64,000 nucleotides of DNA from an uncultured Actinomycetota bacterium (GCA_964481885.1 CAYZUS010000002.1:40837-104836), one strand, 5' to 3'. Counted from the stretch's first letter, positions 1-10,652 are shown. Made by a program: numbers and translations. The notes: generated from the sequence alone by a model not told the origin.

Positions 1-1247
1 TTTTATTCTGTCTATAATTTCTTCAGTGTATAAAACAGAAGTTTTTGGCAGAAGCAATGCAAATTCATCCCCGCCCCATCGTGCTATAATATCATCAGAC
101 CTGCATATCTTTTTTAATATTTCAGCAGTCTCTATAAGCAACTCATCACCCTGTGCGTGCCCGAAAATATCATTTATTATCTTTAGGCCATTTAGATCAC
201 AAATTATAAAGCTTAAAGGAAGCTGTCTATCAGTATCAAGGCGCTTCAACTCTTCTTCAAAAAATCTTCGGTTATAAAGTCCCGTAAGATGGTCATGGAA
301 GCTTAAATGCAGAATTTCTTTTTCTGCCCTTTTACGATCAGTAATATCACTGATGCTGGATAAAACAAATGGCTCAGTATTAATATGAATGATTTGTGCA
401 GAGAATAAACCAATCATAATTTCATTATTCTTTTTCCTGAACTGAAACTCTCTGTCTTTCACTTCAGAACCGGCTTTTAGTTCAGCCAATACCCAGTTTC
501 GGTTTTCCATGCTTACCCACAGTTTCAAATTAATCGATGAATCGGCGTCTGCCTCTTCCCGGCTAAAACCGGTGATGGCTGTAAAAGCTGCGTTGACTTC
601 AATAAATTTTCCGTCTTTTACCCGAGTGATAGTAATGGCATAAGGCGAAGTCTGAAAAGCTTTGGAAAACTTCTCTGCGCTCTCTCTGAGTGCCTCCTCG
701 GCTCTCTTGCGGGTAATAAGAAGCCCCAGCTGTCTTGTGTACAGCTCAACATAGTTATCATTTTTAAACCTGACATCACAGGGCATTATCAGGGTAAAAT
801 TCCCAATCATTGTATTTTCCTTGACAATCTTTACAACAATTACTTCACCTGTACTAAAAGTTTTCTCTAAAAGCACAACTACCGATTTGGGAATGACTTC
901 TCCAGTTAGTTCATGCAGGGATGGAAAATGAGTTACTGTAGAATATTTTACTTTCTCAGCAAGAATTAAGTCCTGCTCCCATGACTTGCCAGGCAATATA
1001 AAACCAACCAAAGATGATACTGTTTTTAATGTTCCCTGCGGAGCTGAAAGGGCCACGGTTGTAAATTTGCTTCCGTCTTCATCATACAGGTTGAAAATAG
1101 CGTATTTTGCGCAGGAAATATTTAAAATATCGTCAGTGATTTTCTGGTAATTAAGCTCACTGCCGGCAGACTGCAGGAATTCTTCAGACGCAGCAACGAC
1201 CAGCTGCAGTATTTTATTTTCTTCTGCTTGGTTTTGAATTGTCATTT
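1..1247 (-). CDS. GAF-PAS-GGDEF diguanylate cyclase paralog (partial; the 3' end runs past the window start)
   Basis: The reverse-strand ATG at 1245-1247 translates to MTIQNQAEENKILQLVVAASEEFLQSAG..., closely similar to the N-terminus of the 11079-14168 protein. The minus-strand translation at ~60-330 gives HLSFHDHLTGLYNRRFFEEELKRLD...ARWGGDEFALLLP, an intact GGDEF domain. It is absent from the ORF track because no stop codon lies inside the window. Confidence 0.8.
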
Positions 1248-1604
1248 TTTTAGTGTTACCCTCTGAAACCGGTAAGCTGCATAACTGTCATTTTCCATTA
1301 TACTAATCGGCAAATTCCTGAAAATTCTTTAAAACAAAGCATAAATATTGAGTTTTTGGCTGATCAGTGCCGGACATGCTATGGCAGACTGGCAAATTGC
1401 AGATTGAAAAAATTTTATTTTGACAGAAAGCTTGCAGGAAGAGAATCTTATTAAATTTTACCAACAGTAAAAAAATAATTTAAACTCTGTAAAAATTATC
1501 AAAACAATTCAAGTAAGTTAATGGAAGTGATTAAAAAAACAAAAATGTTCACAGATACATGGAGCCCTTCAGTACCTGCTTATAGTTTTTCTGGATTTTT
1601 ATCT

Positions 1605-2066
1605 TTAATCTTCAAGACTTTGTTTATACTTTTTAAATTTTTCACCTATATCGGCATATTTAAGCGCCAGAATCTGTGCAGCCATTATGCCAGCATTTTT
1701 GGCACCATTTATCGCCATGGTTGCAACAGGCACCCCTGGCGGCATCTGAACTATCGACAACAGTGAATCCATGCCTCCGAGGTCATCGGTTTTAACCGGC
1801 ACTCCTATTACCGGGAGTGTTGTATAGGACGCAATAACACCGGGTAGATGCGCTGCTTTTCCGGCACCAGCAATAATAACCTCAAAACCATTCTTTTGGG
1901 CATCAACGGCAAACTGTCTTGTCTTGTTAGGCATTCTGTGAGCAGATGAAACTATAATCTCATATTCTATCCCAAAGCTCTCCAGTACTTCTGAGGCAGG
2001 CTTCATTATGGCATCATCAGACTTGCTGCCCATTAAAATTGCAACTTTTCTTTTTAAATCTTCCAT
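1605..2066 (-). CDS. purE: 5-(carboxyamino)imidazole ribonucleotide mutase PurE
   Basis: 153 aa, with the MGSKSD...SAHR...GAGKAAHLPGV PurE signature. Confidence 0.9.
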   Translation of the reverse strand: MEDLKRKVAILMGSKSDDAIMKPASEVLESFGIEYEIIVSSAHRMPNKTRQFAVDAQKNGFEVIIAGAGKAAHLPGVIASYTTLPVIGVPVKTDDLGGMDSLLSIVQMPPGVPVATMAINGAKNAGIMAAQILALKYADIGEKFKKYKQSLED

Positions 2067-3526
2067 TAAATTTCCTCCTCAACCTTAAAAGCTATGTCTT
2101 TCCTGTACTGCATACCCTCAAATTTGATGTTTGAAATAGCTGTGTAAGCTTTTTTTCTCGCATCTTTAAAAGTCTGCCCTTTTGCAACAATACTTAAAAC
2201 TCTTCCGCCATTTGTATATATGTCAGTCTCTGTCTCTGTTTCCTGGAATCTGGTTGTGGCTGGTTTTCTTTCGTTTTCGCCGGATTTTATGTCATGCCCC
2301 ACTGATTTTCCGTCAGGTTCTGCCAGTTTTGCGACTTCCGGTCCTATAACATGTGAATCTAAGTCAGCTTCTACTGATTCCATGTAAGTTCCGGCTGATT
2401 TGGTCCCGGCATGAAAAACCAAAACATCTTTATTATTTTCCAGAATGTCAAGACCACCAATAAGGTCGTCTTTTGACGAAGTCTCCGGATAACCCTTTGA
2501 CGCCAAAACCACGCATACACTTTTTAAATTGTCCCATTTTAATGTACTTGTTCCAAGTTTTCCGTCGGCGCACTTTACAAGCATCTCCAGCAGATCGCTT
2601 TCAAGCCTTGGAAGTATGGCCTGAGTTTCAGGATCGCCGAATCTGCAGTTGTATTCAAGCAAAAGGGGCTCATTATTCAATACCATAATACCGCCATAAA
2701 GTACTCCCTTGTAGGCTATGCCTTCATTAAGAAGGCCGTCATATGTGGGGTAGATAATCTGTTCGAGGATTTTTTTATAGAGCTTTTTATCTACAAAGGG
2801 AACCGGGCTGAAGCTTCCCATGCCACCGGTATTTTTGCCTTCATCTCCATCAAAAATCTTTTTGTAGTCCTGTGCCAAAGCCATGGGAAGGATATTCTTT
2901 CCGTCACACAGGCATAATACTGAAACCTCAAAACCACTGATAAACTTTTCAATAATCAGCCTGTCTCCAGCGCTTCCAAAAGCATTTTCCACAAAGCAGC
3001 GGTTAATTTCTTCGGCAGCGTTTTGCTTTGTTTGTGTGATTATTACACCTTTCCCTGCAGCAAGGCCGTCAGCTTTCAATACAATGGGGAAATCATCTTC
3101 CTTGAGGCTTTTAACATAGCTCAGAGCTTTCTGGCACTGGCTTCTTTCAAAGGTAATACTGGCGGCTGTTGGTATATTGTATTTTGCACATAGTTGTTTG
3201 GTAAAAGCTTTGCTGCCTTCAATTGCAGCAGCTTTTTTGTCGGGGCCAAAAATACGTAAACCCCTGCTGTTAAAATAATCAACTATTCCGTCTGTCAGGG
3301 GAGCTTCCGGACCCACTATCGTACATCCAACCTGTTTTTCAATGGCAAAATCAGCAATATCCTTAAAATTTTCAGGACCTGCCAATGTCATGTCTCGGCA
3401 CTGCCCCAACCGGCTTATTCCGGGGTTGCCGGGGATAGCGTATATTTTTCCGACGTCGCTTCCGGACTTTAATTTCCAGCAAATACAGTGTTCTCTTGCG
3501 CCGCTTCCGATGACAAGAACATCCAT
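2066..3526 (-). CDS. purD: phosphoribosylamine--glycine ligase PurD (with a ~50-aa C-terminal insertion)
   Basis: MDVLVIGSGAREH...ATP-grasp...FHAGTK...TNGGRVL. At 486 aa it is longer than typical PurD (~420-430 aa). It is adjacent to purE. Confidence 0.9.
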   Translation of the reverse strand: MDVLVIGSGAREHCICWKLKSGSDVGKIYAIPGNPGISRLGQCRDMTLAGPENFKDIADFAIEKQVGCTIVGPEAPLTDGIVDYFNSRGLRIFGPDKKAAAIEGSKAFTKQLCAKYNIPTAASITFERSQCQKALSYVKSLKEDDFPIVLKADGLAAGKGVIITQTKQNAAEEINRCFVENAFGSAGDRLIIEKFISGFEVSVLCLCDGKNILPMALAQDYKKIFDGDEGKNTGGMGSFSPVPFVDKKLYKKILEQIIYPTYDGLLNEGIAYKGVLYGGIMVLNNEPLLLEYNCRFGDPETQAILPRLESDLLEMLVKCADGKLGTSTLKWDNLKSVCVVLASKGYPETSSKDDLIGGLDILENNKDVLVFHAGTKSAGTYMESVEADLDSHVIGPEVAKLAEPDGKSVGHDIKSGENERKPATTRFQETETETDIYTNGGRVLSIVAKGQTFKDARKKAYTAISNIKFEGMQYRKDIAFKVEEEI

Positions 3527-3703
3527 TTTAATAATTACCTTTCAGTTTTTAATCCGGTAATAAAAAAATATTAAAATAAAAAACCGATATTTTAGACAAC
3601 TGCATCCCAACTCGTGCCAGCGGTTAAAAATCCTAAAAGATTCCTGCTTGCTGTTTTAGAAACATTTATGCCGACTCTTAATAAATAATGCTGCCGTCAA
3701 CAG

Positions 3704-5032
3704 TTATAAAACCAGCAATGGTTTTTTGGTTTTGTTTATGACATCCTTTTTAAGTTCGGTATCCCTTATTATTATCTGGCTTCTTTCAGGTCCGACACTG
3801 ATCATTGAAATAGGAACTTTCACAAGTTTTTCAATTTCAAGTACATAATTTTTTGTATTTTCAGGGAGCTCCTCAAAATTTTTAATCTTTGAAATATCCT
3901 GTTTCCAGCCCTTCATTATCTTGTATGCGGGTTGGCATTTATGCATTATCGTCTGATGCGGCGGAATATCTTCAAAAAGCTCTCCCTCATAAGTATAACC
4001 GGTACATACCTTTATTTCGTCAAGACCCGAGAGTACGTCTAGCTTGGTAAGGACTATTTTATCAATGGAATTTAACATTATGGAGTATTTTAATATCAGG
4101 ATATCGAGCCAGCCGCATCTTCTCGCCCTGCCGGTGGTGGTTCCATATTCATGGCCCTTTTCTCTTAAGTATTCTCCTGTAGAGTCCTCTATTTCTGTCG
4201 GTAATGGTCCTGATCCTACACGAGTCGTGTATGCTTTTGCGACCCCGATTATTTCAGATATTTTTTTTGGCCCAACCCCTGAACCGACACACGCTCCCCC
4301 GGCAATAGTTGAAGATGATGTTACGAAAGGATAGGTGCCATGATCGATATCCAGCAGTGTTCCCTGTGCACCTTCAAACAAAACACGTTTACTATCATCA
4401 AGATATTTATTTATTAAAAATGACGTATCAACAATATATTTGCCAATAATACCCACAAAACCCTTGTATTTGCTGAATATTTCTTCAAGATTTAAAGGTT
4501 CAAGCCCGTAAACTTTCTCTATTATTGCATTCTTCAGTTTCAGTGCTTCTTCAAGTTTTGTCCTGAATATTTTCAGGTCCAGAAGATCCTGTACCCTTAT
4601 TCCGGATCTGTATGCTTTGTCTGCATATACAGGGCCAATACCTTTGTGTGTTGTGCCGATTTTTGATTTGCCAAGATTTTGTTCCCCTGCTTTGTCAAGA
4701 ACTATATGGTAAGGCATCACAAGATGTGCATTGCCGCTAATTCGCAGGTTTTTGGTATTTATTCCTTTTCCGGCAAGCATTTCAAGTTCTTCAATTAAAG
4801 TCTCAGGATTTACGACCACACCATTTGCTATCACGCATAATGTTTCCGGATACATTATACCTGAAGGGATATGGTGCAATTTAAGCTCCTCGGTACCAAT
4901 AACAACTGTGTGGCCCGCATTATTTCCACCCTGAAAACGAACAACCATATCCATGTCGCTGGCCAGAAGGTCAGTTACTCTGCCTTTCCCTTCGTCTCCC
5001 CACTGCGTTCCCAATAATATTATCCCTGGCAT
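3704..5032 (-). CDS. purA: adenylosuccinate synthetase
   Basis: Starts with GTQWGDEGKGRVTD and carries the GIGPVY and TTGRARRCGW motifs. 442 aa. Confidence 0.95.
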   Translation of the reverse strand: MPGIILLGTQWGDEGKGRVTDLLASDMDMVVRFQGGNNAGHTVVIGTEELKLHHIPSGIMYPETLCVIANGVVVNPETLIEELEMLAGKGINTKNLRISGNAHLVMPYHIVLDKAGEQNLGKSKIGTTHKGIGPVYADKAYRSGIRVQDLLDLKIFRTKLEEALKLKNAIIEKVYGLEPLNLEEIFSKYKGFVGIIGKYIVDTSFLINKYLDDSKRVLFEGAQGTLLDIDHGTYPFVTSSSTIAGGACVGSGVGPKKISEIIGVAKAYTTRVGSGPLPTEIEDSTGEYLREKGHEYGTTTGRARRCGWLDILILKYSIMLNSIDKIVLTKLDVLSGLDEIKVCTGYTYEGELFEDIPPHQTIMHKCQPAYKIMKGWKQDISKIKNFEELPENTKNYVLEIEKLVKVPISMISVGPERSQIIIRDTELKKDVINKTKKPLLVL

Positions 5033-5067
5033 TTGATTTACCTCTCAATTTAAAATCATTTTTAGAA

Positions 5068-6465
5068 TTAATCCCCGTCAGGACTATTAGTAGCATTAAC
5101 AAATAAAGTATATTCTTTAAAAAACTTAAGTTTTATTGTTCCTGTCGGACCGTTTCTGTGTTTTGCGATATTTATCTCTGCAAGGCCGGCTTCCGAACTT
5201 GTCTCATCGTAATAGTCGTCTCTGTATAAAAGCAGAACCATGTCTGCATCCTGTTCTATTGCTCCGGATTCCCTTAAGTCCGCAAGAACCGGTCTTTTCT
5301 TGTCCCTTTTTTCAACTTCTCTTGAGAGCTGCGATAATGCAATCACCGGTATCCCCAGTTCCTTGGCAATGCCTTTTAAATTTCTTGATATTTCAGTAAT
5401 CTCCAGCACCCTGTTTTCCTTAAAGTTAATCCCTGACTGCATCAGCTGCAGATAGTCTACAATAAGTAATCTGATGCCATGGGTACTCACAAGCATTCTT
5501 GCCCTTGATCTTAAATCCATTACAGTCAAAAATGCCGCATCGTCTATATAAATTTCGCATTGAGCAAGGTTTTCAATTGCCCTTCCAAGCTTGGGCCATT
5601 CGTCGTCCCTTAAATTTCCGGAACGCAGCCTCTGGAGATCTATTCTGGCTTCAGAGCACATTAGCCTCTGTGCAATCTGCTCTTTTGACATTTCAAGTGA
5701 AAAAAAAGCTACCGGCACTTTTTCAATCATTGCAGCATTTCGCGCGATCTGCATGGCATAAGAAGTCTTGCCCATACCCGGTCTTGAGGCAATAATAATA
5801 AGGTCCGAATCCTGTAAACCGGAAGTTTTTTTATCCAAATCGATAAATCCTGTCGGTATGCCTGTCATACTGGATTTTTTTTCATAAAGGCTTGTTACCT
5901 GTGTGTATACATCGGAGAGAACATCCTTTATTGCAGAAATTTTTCCACTTTTTTTATCATTGTTTACATCCTGGTAAATGGAAAAAATAAGCTGCTGCGC
6001 TTTGTCAATTGTTAAAGAAATATTCTCTGGAACTTCATAACCCATAACAGCAATTTCAGTGGCAGCATAAATAAGTCTTCTTAATACCGCCATGTGCTTG
6101 ACTATCCTGGCATAATAAGCTGCATTTGCTGCCAGTGGCAGGTTACTGACCAGTGAATGTATATATGTATTGTCCCCTACCTCTTCAAGAATGCCTTTTT
6201 TCTTCAGATAGTCTGCAGCTGTAATAGTATCAATAGGCTCTCCTTTTACAAAAAGCTCCTTTAATGATTTAAATATTTCCTGATTTGCTCTCCTGTAAAA
6301 ATCTTCTTCAGACAGTATCTCAATTACTGCCATGACTGCTTCTCTGGAAATAAGCATGGAGCCGATAGTCGATTCTTCTGCTTCAAGATTGTACGGAGGC
6401 ACTCTGTCAAGTTTGCTGGTATCCAGAGGTTTAACCTGGTTTGATCTCTTTGTCTGGTTTTGCAT
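5068..6465 (-). CDS. dnaB: replicative DNA helicase DnaB/DnaC
   Basis: Walker A ASRPGMGKTS, the DnaB C-terminal RecA-like domain and the N-terminal DnaB domain are present. It sits downstream of rplI, as in Firmicutes. Confidence 0.95.
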   Translation of the reverse strand: MQNQTKRSNQVKPLDTSKLDRVPPYNLEAEESTIGSMLISREAVMAVIEILSEEDFYRRANQEIFKSLKELFVKGEPIDTITAADYLKKKGILEEVGDNTYIHSLVSNLPLAANAAYYARIVKHMAVLRRLIYAATEIAVMGYEVPENISLTIDKAQQLIFSIYQDVNNDKKSGKISAIKDVLSDVYTQVTSLYEKKSSMTGIPTGFIDLDKKTSGLQDSDLIIIASRPGMGKTSYAMQIARNAAMIEKVPVAFFSLEMSKEQIAQRLMCSEARIDLQRLRSGNLRDDEWPKLGRAIENLAQCEIYIDDAAFLTVMDLRSRARMLVSTHGIRLLIVDYLQLMQSGINFKENRVLEITEISRNLKGIAKELGIPVIALSQLSREVEKRDKKRPVLADLRESGAIEQDADMVLLLYRDDYYDETSSEAGLAEINIAKHRNGPTGTIKLKFFKEYTLFVNATNSPDGD

Positions 6466-6589
6466 AATTAAAGGAAAAGTCCTGATTGTATGTTTTTAAA
6501 ACTTCAAAAAAAAGACGCAGATTAGAACAGTCCTTTATATTAAATAAAAGATCATTTGATTATACTTTTTTTACTGTTGAGCCTTTTAT

Positions 6590-7159
6590 TTAAGCTTTTT
6601 CGTCAACTGCTGCGATAATGTTTTCATCAGACGCCACAACGTCTTTTGTCTCAGCTTTTTCATCAATTGCCTCAGGAATCGCTTCGTCAGCTTTTTCCTG
6701 GGCTTTTGCAAACTCATCACTTACAATCTCCAGCTGGATGGTAGCTTTTACATCCTTATAAAGTTTTATTACCACTTTATAAGAACCAACTTCTTTTATG
6801 TGTTCTTCAAGCTCAATTTTTTTTCTGTCCAGTTCAATTTTCTTTTCTTCAAGAATTTTTTCAGCTATATCTTTATTTGTAATAGAACCAAAAAGTCTTC
6901 CCTCAGGGCTTGAATTGACTTTAATTGTTATTACTGCATTGTCAATAAGCAGCAACAGTTTTTTTGCTTCAGCTATATTTCCTGCATCTTTTTTGATGAG
7001 TGACTTTTTGACAATTTCCATCTGGTTGAGATTGCCCTTGGTCAATAGCCAGACAATATTGTTTGGGATAAGATAGTTTTTTGCAAAACCATCCTTTACG
7101 TTTATAATATCGCCCGCACTTCCTAATTTTTCATAATCTTTTGCAAGTATAACTTTCAA
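6590..7159 (-). CDS. rplI: 50S ribosomal protein L9 with an acidic C-terminal extension
   Basis: Starts MKVILAKDYEKLGSAGDIINVKDGFAKNYLIP. 189 aa versus ~148 typical. Confidence 0.9.
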   Translation of the reverse strand: MKVILAKDYEKLGSAGDIINVKDGFAKNYLIPNNIVWLLTKGNLNQMEIVKKSLIKKDAGNIAEAKKLLLLIDNAVITIKVNSSPEGRLFGSITNKDIAEKILEEKKIELDRKKIELEEHIKEVGSYKVVIKLYKDVKATIQLEIVSDEFAKAQEKADEAIPEAIDEKAETKDVVASDENIIAAVDEKA

Positions 7160-7250
7160 ATCTTCCTCCTCTAAAATTAATTATTTAATTTAACCGGGTA
7201 ATCCTGATATTTTTACTTTTTTCCAGAATTTGCTTTCCCAGATTTTTGCC

Positions 7251-8252
7251 TCAAAGATTTCTGCCAAGCTTCCTGAAATTGGCCCAGATATCTATCAGCC
7301 CCACTAAAGGCAGGACCGCCCCAAAACCAAAAAATAAAAACATTACTATTATTACAATAATCCTTATTGAAACCCTTACTTTAAATTTATCAAACAGACC
7401 CCATAAAACTGCTGCGCCCAGTGCCATATACAATAAACCAAAAACTATGATAAGGTTATATCCTGCAGCATCAATGATCCCGTCATACGCCTCATCAAAC
7501 TTCGGTATTATCAAAAATATTATACCTGCAATGACTCCCCAGCAATAATTCCAACTCAGGTCCCAGTTTTTAAACTGTGGCATTTCCTCTATTTTAATAT
7601 TATTTTTTCTTAAAATTATAAAACTAAAATAGTAATTTAATACTGCTGCAATGCCAAAAAAAGCCACTGCAAAACCCGGCACAAGAGCCGGCAGGTATTT
7701 AAGCAGTGCCTGTGTCTGGACAATAACTTCACTTAATTGGGCGCTGTCAGAAAACAACAGACCCTGATAACTCTTTAGCAACGGATCCTGATTAAGGTTT
7801 TCCACAGAACCATTGTAGGCTGACAGCATTTCCTTAATCACGTTCTGCCTGAGAATTAATGAATCTATAAGCAAAAACAACAATAATGTGATTGCGAATA
7901 ATCCAAATACTGTCAGCAATGCGTAAGACAGCTTTTTGTTTCTGCTGATAATATACTTGTAATTTACGGCCACTGCGCAAATCATGGCCAGCAGCAATAT
8001 TGCAAAAACATAGTTAAAAATAAATAAAACCAGTACTCCGGCAACTGCGCATATAATGGCATCCCTGTACCTGTTTGAAAGAAAAAGCAATGTTACCGGT
8101 ACCGGCAAAAATGCAAGCCCTGCGAAACCTGTCAAAGGCACAAATATCATCGCTGCCATCGCAAGAATCGTAAAAAATATCATTAAAAACAGGTTTGCTT
8201 TTTTAGAATCCTCATTATCATTACTTAAGTTTTCAAAGGGCTTAAAAGACAT
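7251..8252 (-). CDS. YybS-like (DUF2232) polytopic membrane protein
   Basis: 333 aa with multiple hydrophobic helices. It sits between rpsR and rplI, the position YybS occupies in Firmicutes. Confidence 0.6.
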   Translation of the reverse strand: MSFKPFENLSNDNEDSKKANLFLMIFFTILAMAAMIFVPLTGFAGLAFLPVPVTLLFLSNRYRDAIICAVAGVLVLFIFNYVFAILLLAMICAVAVNYKYIISRNKKLSYALLTVFGLFAITLLLFLLIDSLILRQNVIKEMLSAYNGSVENLNQDPLLKSYQGLLFSDSAQLSEVIVQTQALLKYLPALVPGFAVAFFGIAAVLNYYFSFIILRKNNIKIEEMPQFKNWDLSWNYCWGVIAGIIFLIIPKFDEAYDGIIDAAGYNLIIVFGLLYMALGAAVLWGLFDKFKVRVSIRIIVIIVMFLFFGFGAVLPLVGLIDIWANFRKLGRNL

Positions 8253-8377
8253 TTTTTAATTCAACAATAAATATAAAAATAATTTAAAATCAACGGCACA
8301 AAAAGTGCTTACGTAAAAGTCCTGCTGACTGATTGCCCCCAAGGCTGACCTTTACTAATATACAGTAATTCTGGATA

Positions 8378-8722
8378 TTATCTCTTAAAGTAAGCCATCA
8401 AAGCTACTTCTCTTGAGCGCTTTATCGCATCCGCTATCATCTTCTGATGCTGGACACAATTTCCTGTAGACCTCTTGGGTCTGATTTTCCCTTTATCAGA
8501 AACAAATTTCTTTAATCCTGCAACGTTCTTATAATCAATGTAATCGACATTCTCCTTGCAGAAATAGCAATACCTTTTTCTTTGCCTTAAATTTAAAGCA
8601 GATGAACCAGATGCACCTGCTGCACCTTTTGAATCTTTATCTCTGCCCTGCCTTGAGCTCATGGACGATGAACCCCTCGAAGTGCTTTTTTCGACAGTAG
8701 GTCTGTTTCCTCTTTTACCCAA
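8378..8722 (-). CDS. rpsR: 30S ribosomal protein S18 with an extended Ser/Arg/Gly-rich N-terminus
   Basis: Core RKRYCYFCKENVDYIDYKNV...GNCVQHQKMIADAIKRSREVALM. 114 aa versus ~75-80 typical. Confidence 0.9.
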   Translation of the reverse strand: MGKRGNRPTVEKSTSRGSSSMSSRQGRDKDSKGAAGASGSSALNLRQRKRYCYFCKENVDYIDYKNVAGLKKFVSDKGKIRPKRSTGNCVQHQKMIADAIKRSREVALMAYFKR

Positions 8723-8833
8723 TTTATAACTCCTTTTACTAATTTAATGCTTTGTTTTAATTTAAACTTACTATTAAAGTTTAATGCCCGAATTTAATTC
8801 CCGGATATCGGGACTTTAATATATTTATTTTTT

Positions 8834-9325
8834 TTAAAAAGGTATGTCATCATTTGTAAATTCAAGATCATCTCCATTGGTGGGGGGCTTTGCATAAACA
8901 TGCCTGTCTTCACCGCTTGCATCAGCGTACTGCCCTTTTGAACCACCGACAAATTCACCTTTTTCATTTTTGTCTATTTTACAAATCGCATACTCCAGGC
9001 TGGGAGCTACGACATTTGCAATTATCTTGAAAATATCTCTTTTGATACCTTCTTTGGTCTCGTAGCTTTCTATTGAAGGTGCGCCGACGACAAGGATCCT
9101 GTCACCTTTTTTTAAACTTTCAGCACAATTCTCAGCAAGCTTATACCACGTTGTTACTTTATAAAACGATACTTCATTTGTCCATTCCCCGGTTGCTTTG
9201 TTTTGAATACCCCTGTTTACTGCAATTCCAAAACTTGCTACAGGCGTTCCGCTTGGCGTAAACCTTAGCTCCGGATCCCTGGTAAGATTTCCAACAACAG
9301 TAATATTGTTAACACCAATTGCCAT
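8834..9325 (-). CDS. ssb: single-stranded DNA-binding protein
   Basis: OB-fold N-terminus NITVVGNLTRDPELRFTPSG and the acidic C-terminal tip DDIPF. Confidence 0.9.
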   Translation of the reverse strand: MAIGVNNITVVGNLTRDPELRFTPSGTPVASFGIAVNRGIQNKATGEWTNEVSFYKVTTWYKLAENCAESLKKGDRILVVGAPSIESYETKEGIKRDIFKIIANVVAPSLEYAICKIDKNEKGEFVGGSKGQYADASGEDRHVYAKPPTNGDDLEFTNDDIPF

Positions 9326-9366
9326 AATTTTACCCTCTTTTCAGTAAAATAATAATGCCTTCACAA

Positions 9367-9666
9367 TTATTTTGATTCCTTCTCGCTAAGCTTTACAATC
9401 ATATGCCTTAGTATCTTATCATTGATCTTGTTTAGCCTGTCAAGCTCTAAAAGCACGGAGGTATCTGAGCTGAAATATAGGATAACATAGAAACCATTTT
9501 CCTGATGTTTGATAGAATAAGCGAGCCTTTTGACTCCCCAAATATCGGTCTTTGTGACAATGCCTTTCGACTTTTCGATTGTAGCGGTAATCTTTGCCAA
9601 TTCTTCAGTCACTACCCCTTCTTCAAGAGAAGCACCAAAAATCAGCACCATTTCATAGTTTTTCAC
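9367..9666 (-). CDS. rpsF: 30S ribosomal protein S6
   Basis: MKNYEMVLIFGASLEE..., 99 aa. It is the first gene of the rpsF-ssb-rpsR cluster. Confidence 0.9.
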   Translation of the reverse strand: MKNYEMVLIFGASLEEGVVTEELAKITATIEKSKGIVTKTDIWGVKRLAYSIKHQENGFYVILYFSSDTSVLLELDRLNKINDKILRHMIVKLSEKESK

Positions 9667-9977
9667 AAACTTTCCTCCTTTGGACTAAGATTTAATCTTA
9701 AATATTAGACTCTATTTAAAATAGAGCAGAAGAAAAAAATATTAAATTTTTTTATACTTAAAAACCTTCCGAAGGGATAATATAACAATTGTGTTCAATA
9801 TGCAACAGAAATTTTAACTTGCCAGGCTGAAGGCCGCCCCTTTCAAGCCAGTAATTTCCCATATTGTGCCGATTCTTTACAGGTGCCAAACTAATGATTT
9901 GCCGGCGTCAGGTGTTTTCTTTATTGCTGAAATACTGATGCTTTGTTTTGTCAGGCTTGGATATCCCGGATTTTAAT

Positions 9978-10652
9978 TTATTTTTTGTGTTTTATCTTAC
10001 TGTATACTTCTATTACTCTGTCTTCGCTGTCATCATATATCGGTTTTAAATGCCCTGTGTAATTTATGGAAGAGATATATGGAAAACCGTTGTCTATTAC
10101 AACAACATTAATTGCGGCCTGCCTTTGAATAAGTGATCTCCACCTGGCGGAAGGAATGCCCAGCCAGTTGACAATAAGCGAGAGAATTACTCCTCCGTGG
10201 CTTACAATTGCCACGCTTGAACCGTCCGGATTTTCCTGCACAATCTTTTTAACTTCTTTGTCGGCCCTAGCTATAAGATCATTAAAGCTTTCGCCGCCTG
10301 TGGGAGGATGGTTGTACGGATCTTCCAGCCAGTCCTGATAATCTTTATTATATTGCGCGTTTATTTCTTCAAATTTCAAGCCTTCCCATTTCCCGAAATC
10401 AAGCTCCCTTAAATCATCCATTGTTCTGACTTTAAGCCCTGTACCCTCAGCAATAATCTGTGCCGTATTTGCCGCCCTTTTCAATGGACTTGAATATATA
10501 TTCGAAAAACTTACTTTCGAAAGGTATTGTTTGGCAGATTTGGCCTGTAACCGGCCTTCATCAGTCATATCGATATCGAGAGATCCCACATACTGACCCT
10601 GGACATTGCCGGCTGTCTGCCCGTGCCTTATCAAAAAAAGTTTAACTCCCAT
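9978..10652 (-). CDS. histidine phosphatase family protein (phosphoglycerate mutase/CobC-like)
   Basis: LIRHGQT...N motif and a second catalytic His in ...SHGGVI. 224 aa. Confidence 0.75.
   Translation of the reverse strand: MGVKLFLIRHGQTAGNVQGQYVGSLDIDMTDEGRLQAKSAKQYLSKVSFSNIYSSPLKRAANTAQIIAEGTGLKVRTMDDLRELDFGKWEGLKFEEINAQYNKDYQDWLEDPYNHPPTGGESFNDLIARADKEVKKIVQENPDGSSVAIVSHGGVILSLIVNWLGIPSARWRSLIQRQAAINVVVIDNGFPYISSINYTGHLKPIYDDSEDRVIEVYSKIKHKK

Noticed and set aside
26-277. 83-aa plus-strand ORF
   Set aside because: It is antisense to the GGDEF domain of the minus-strand paralog at 1-1247. Its translation mirrors the antisense ORF at 13178-13477. It is not a gene.
9711-9727. 17-bp palindrome CTCTATTTAAAATAGAG upstream of rpsF
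   Set aside because: It is too short and AT-rich to separate from chance. It is possibly part of the promoter, and is not reported as a feature.
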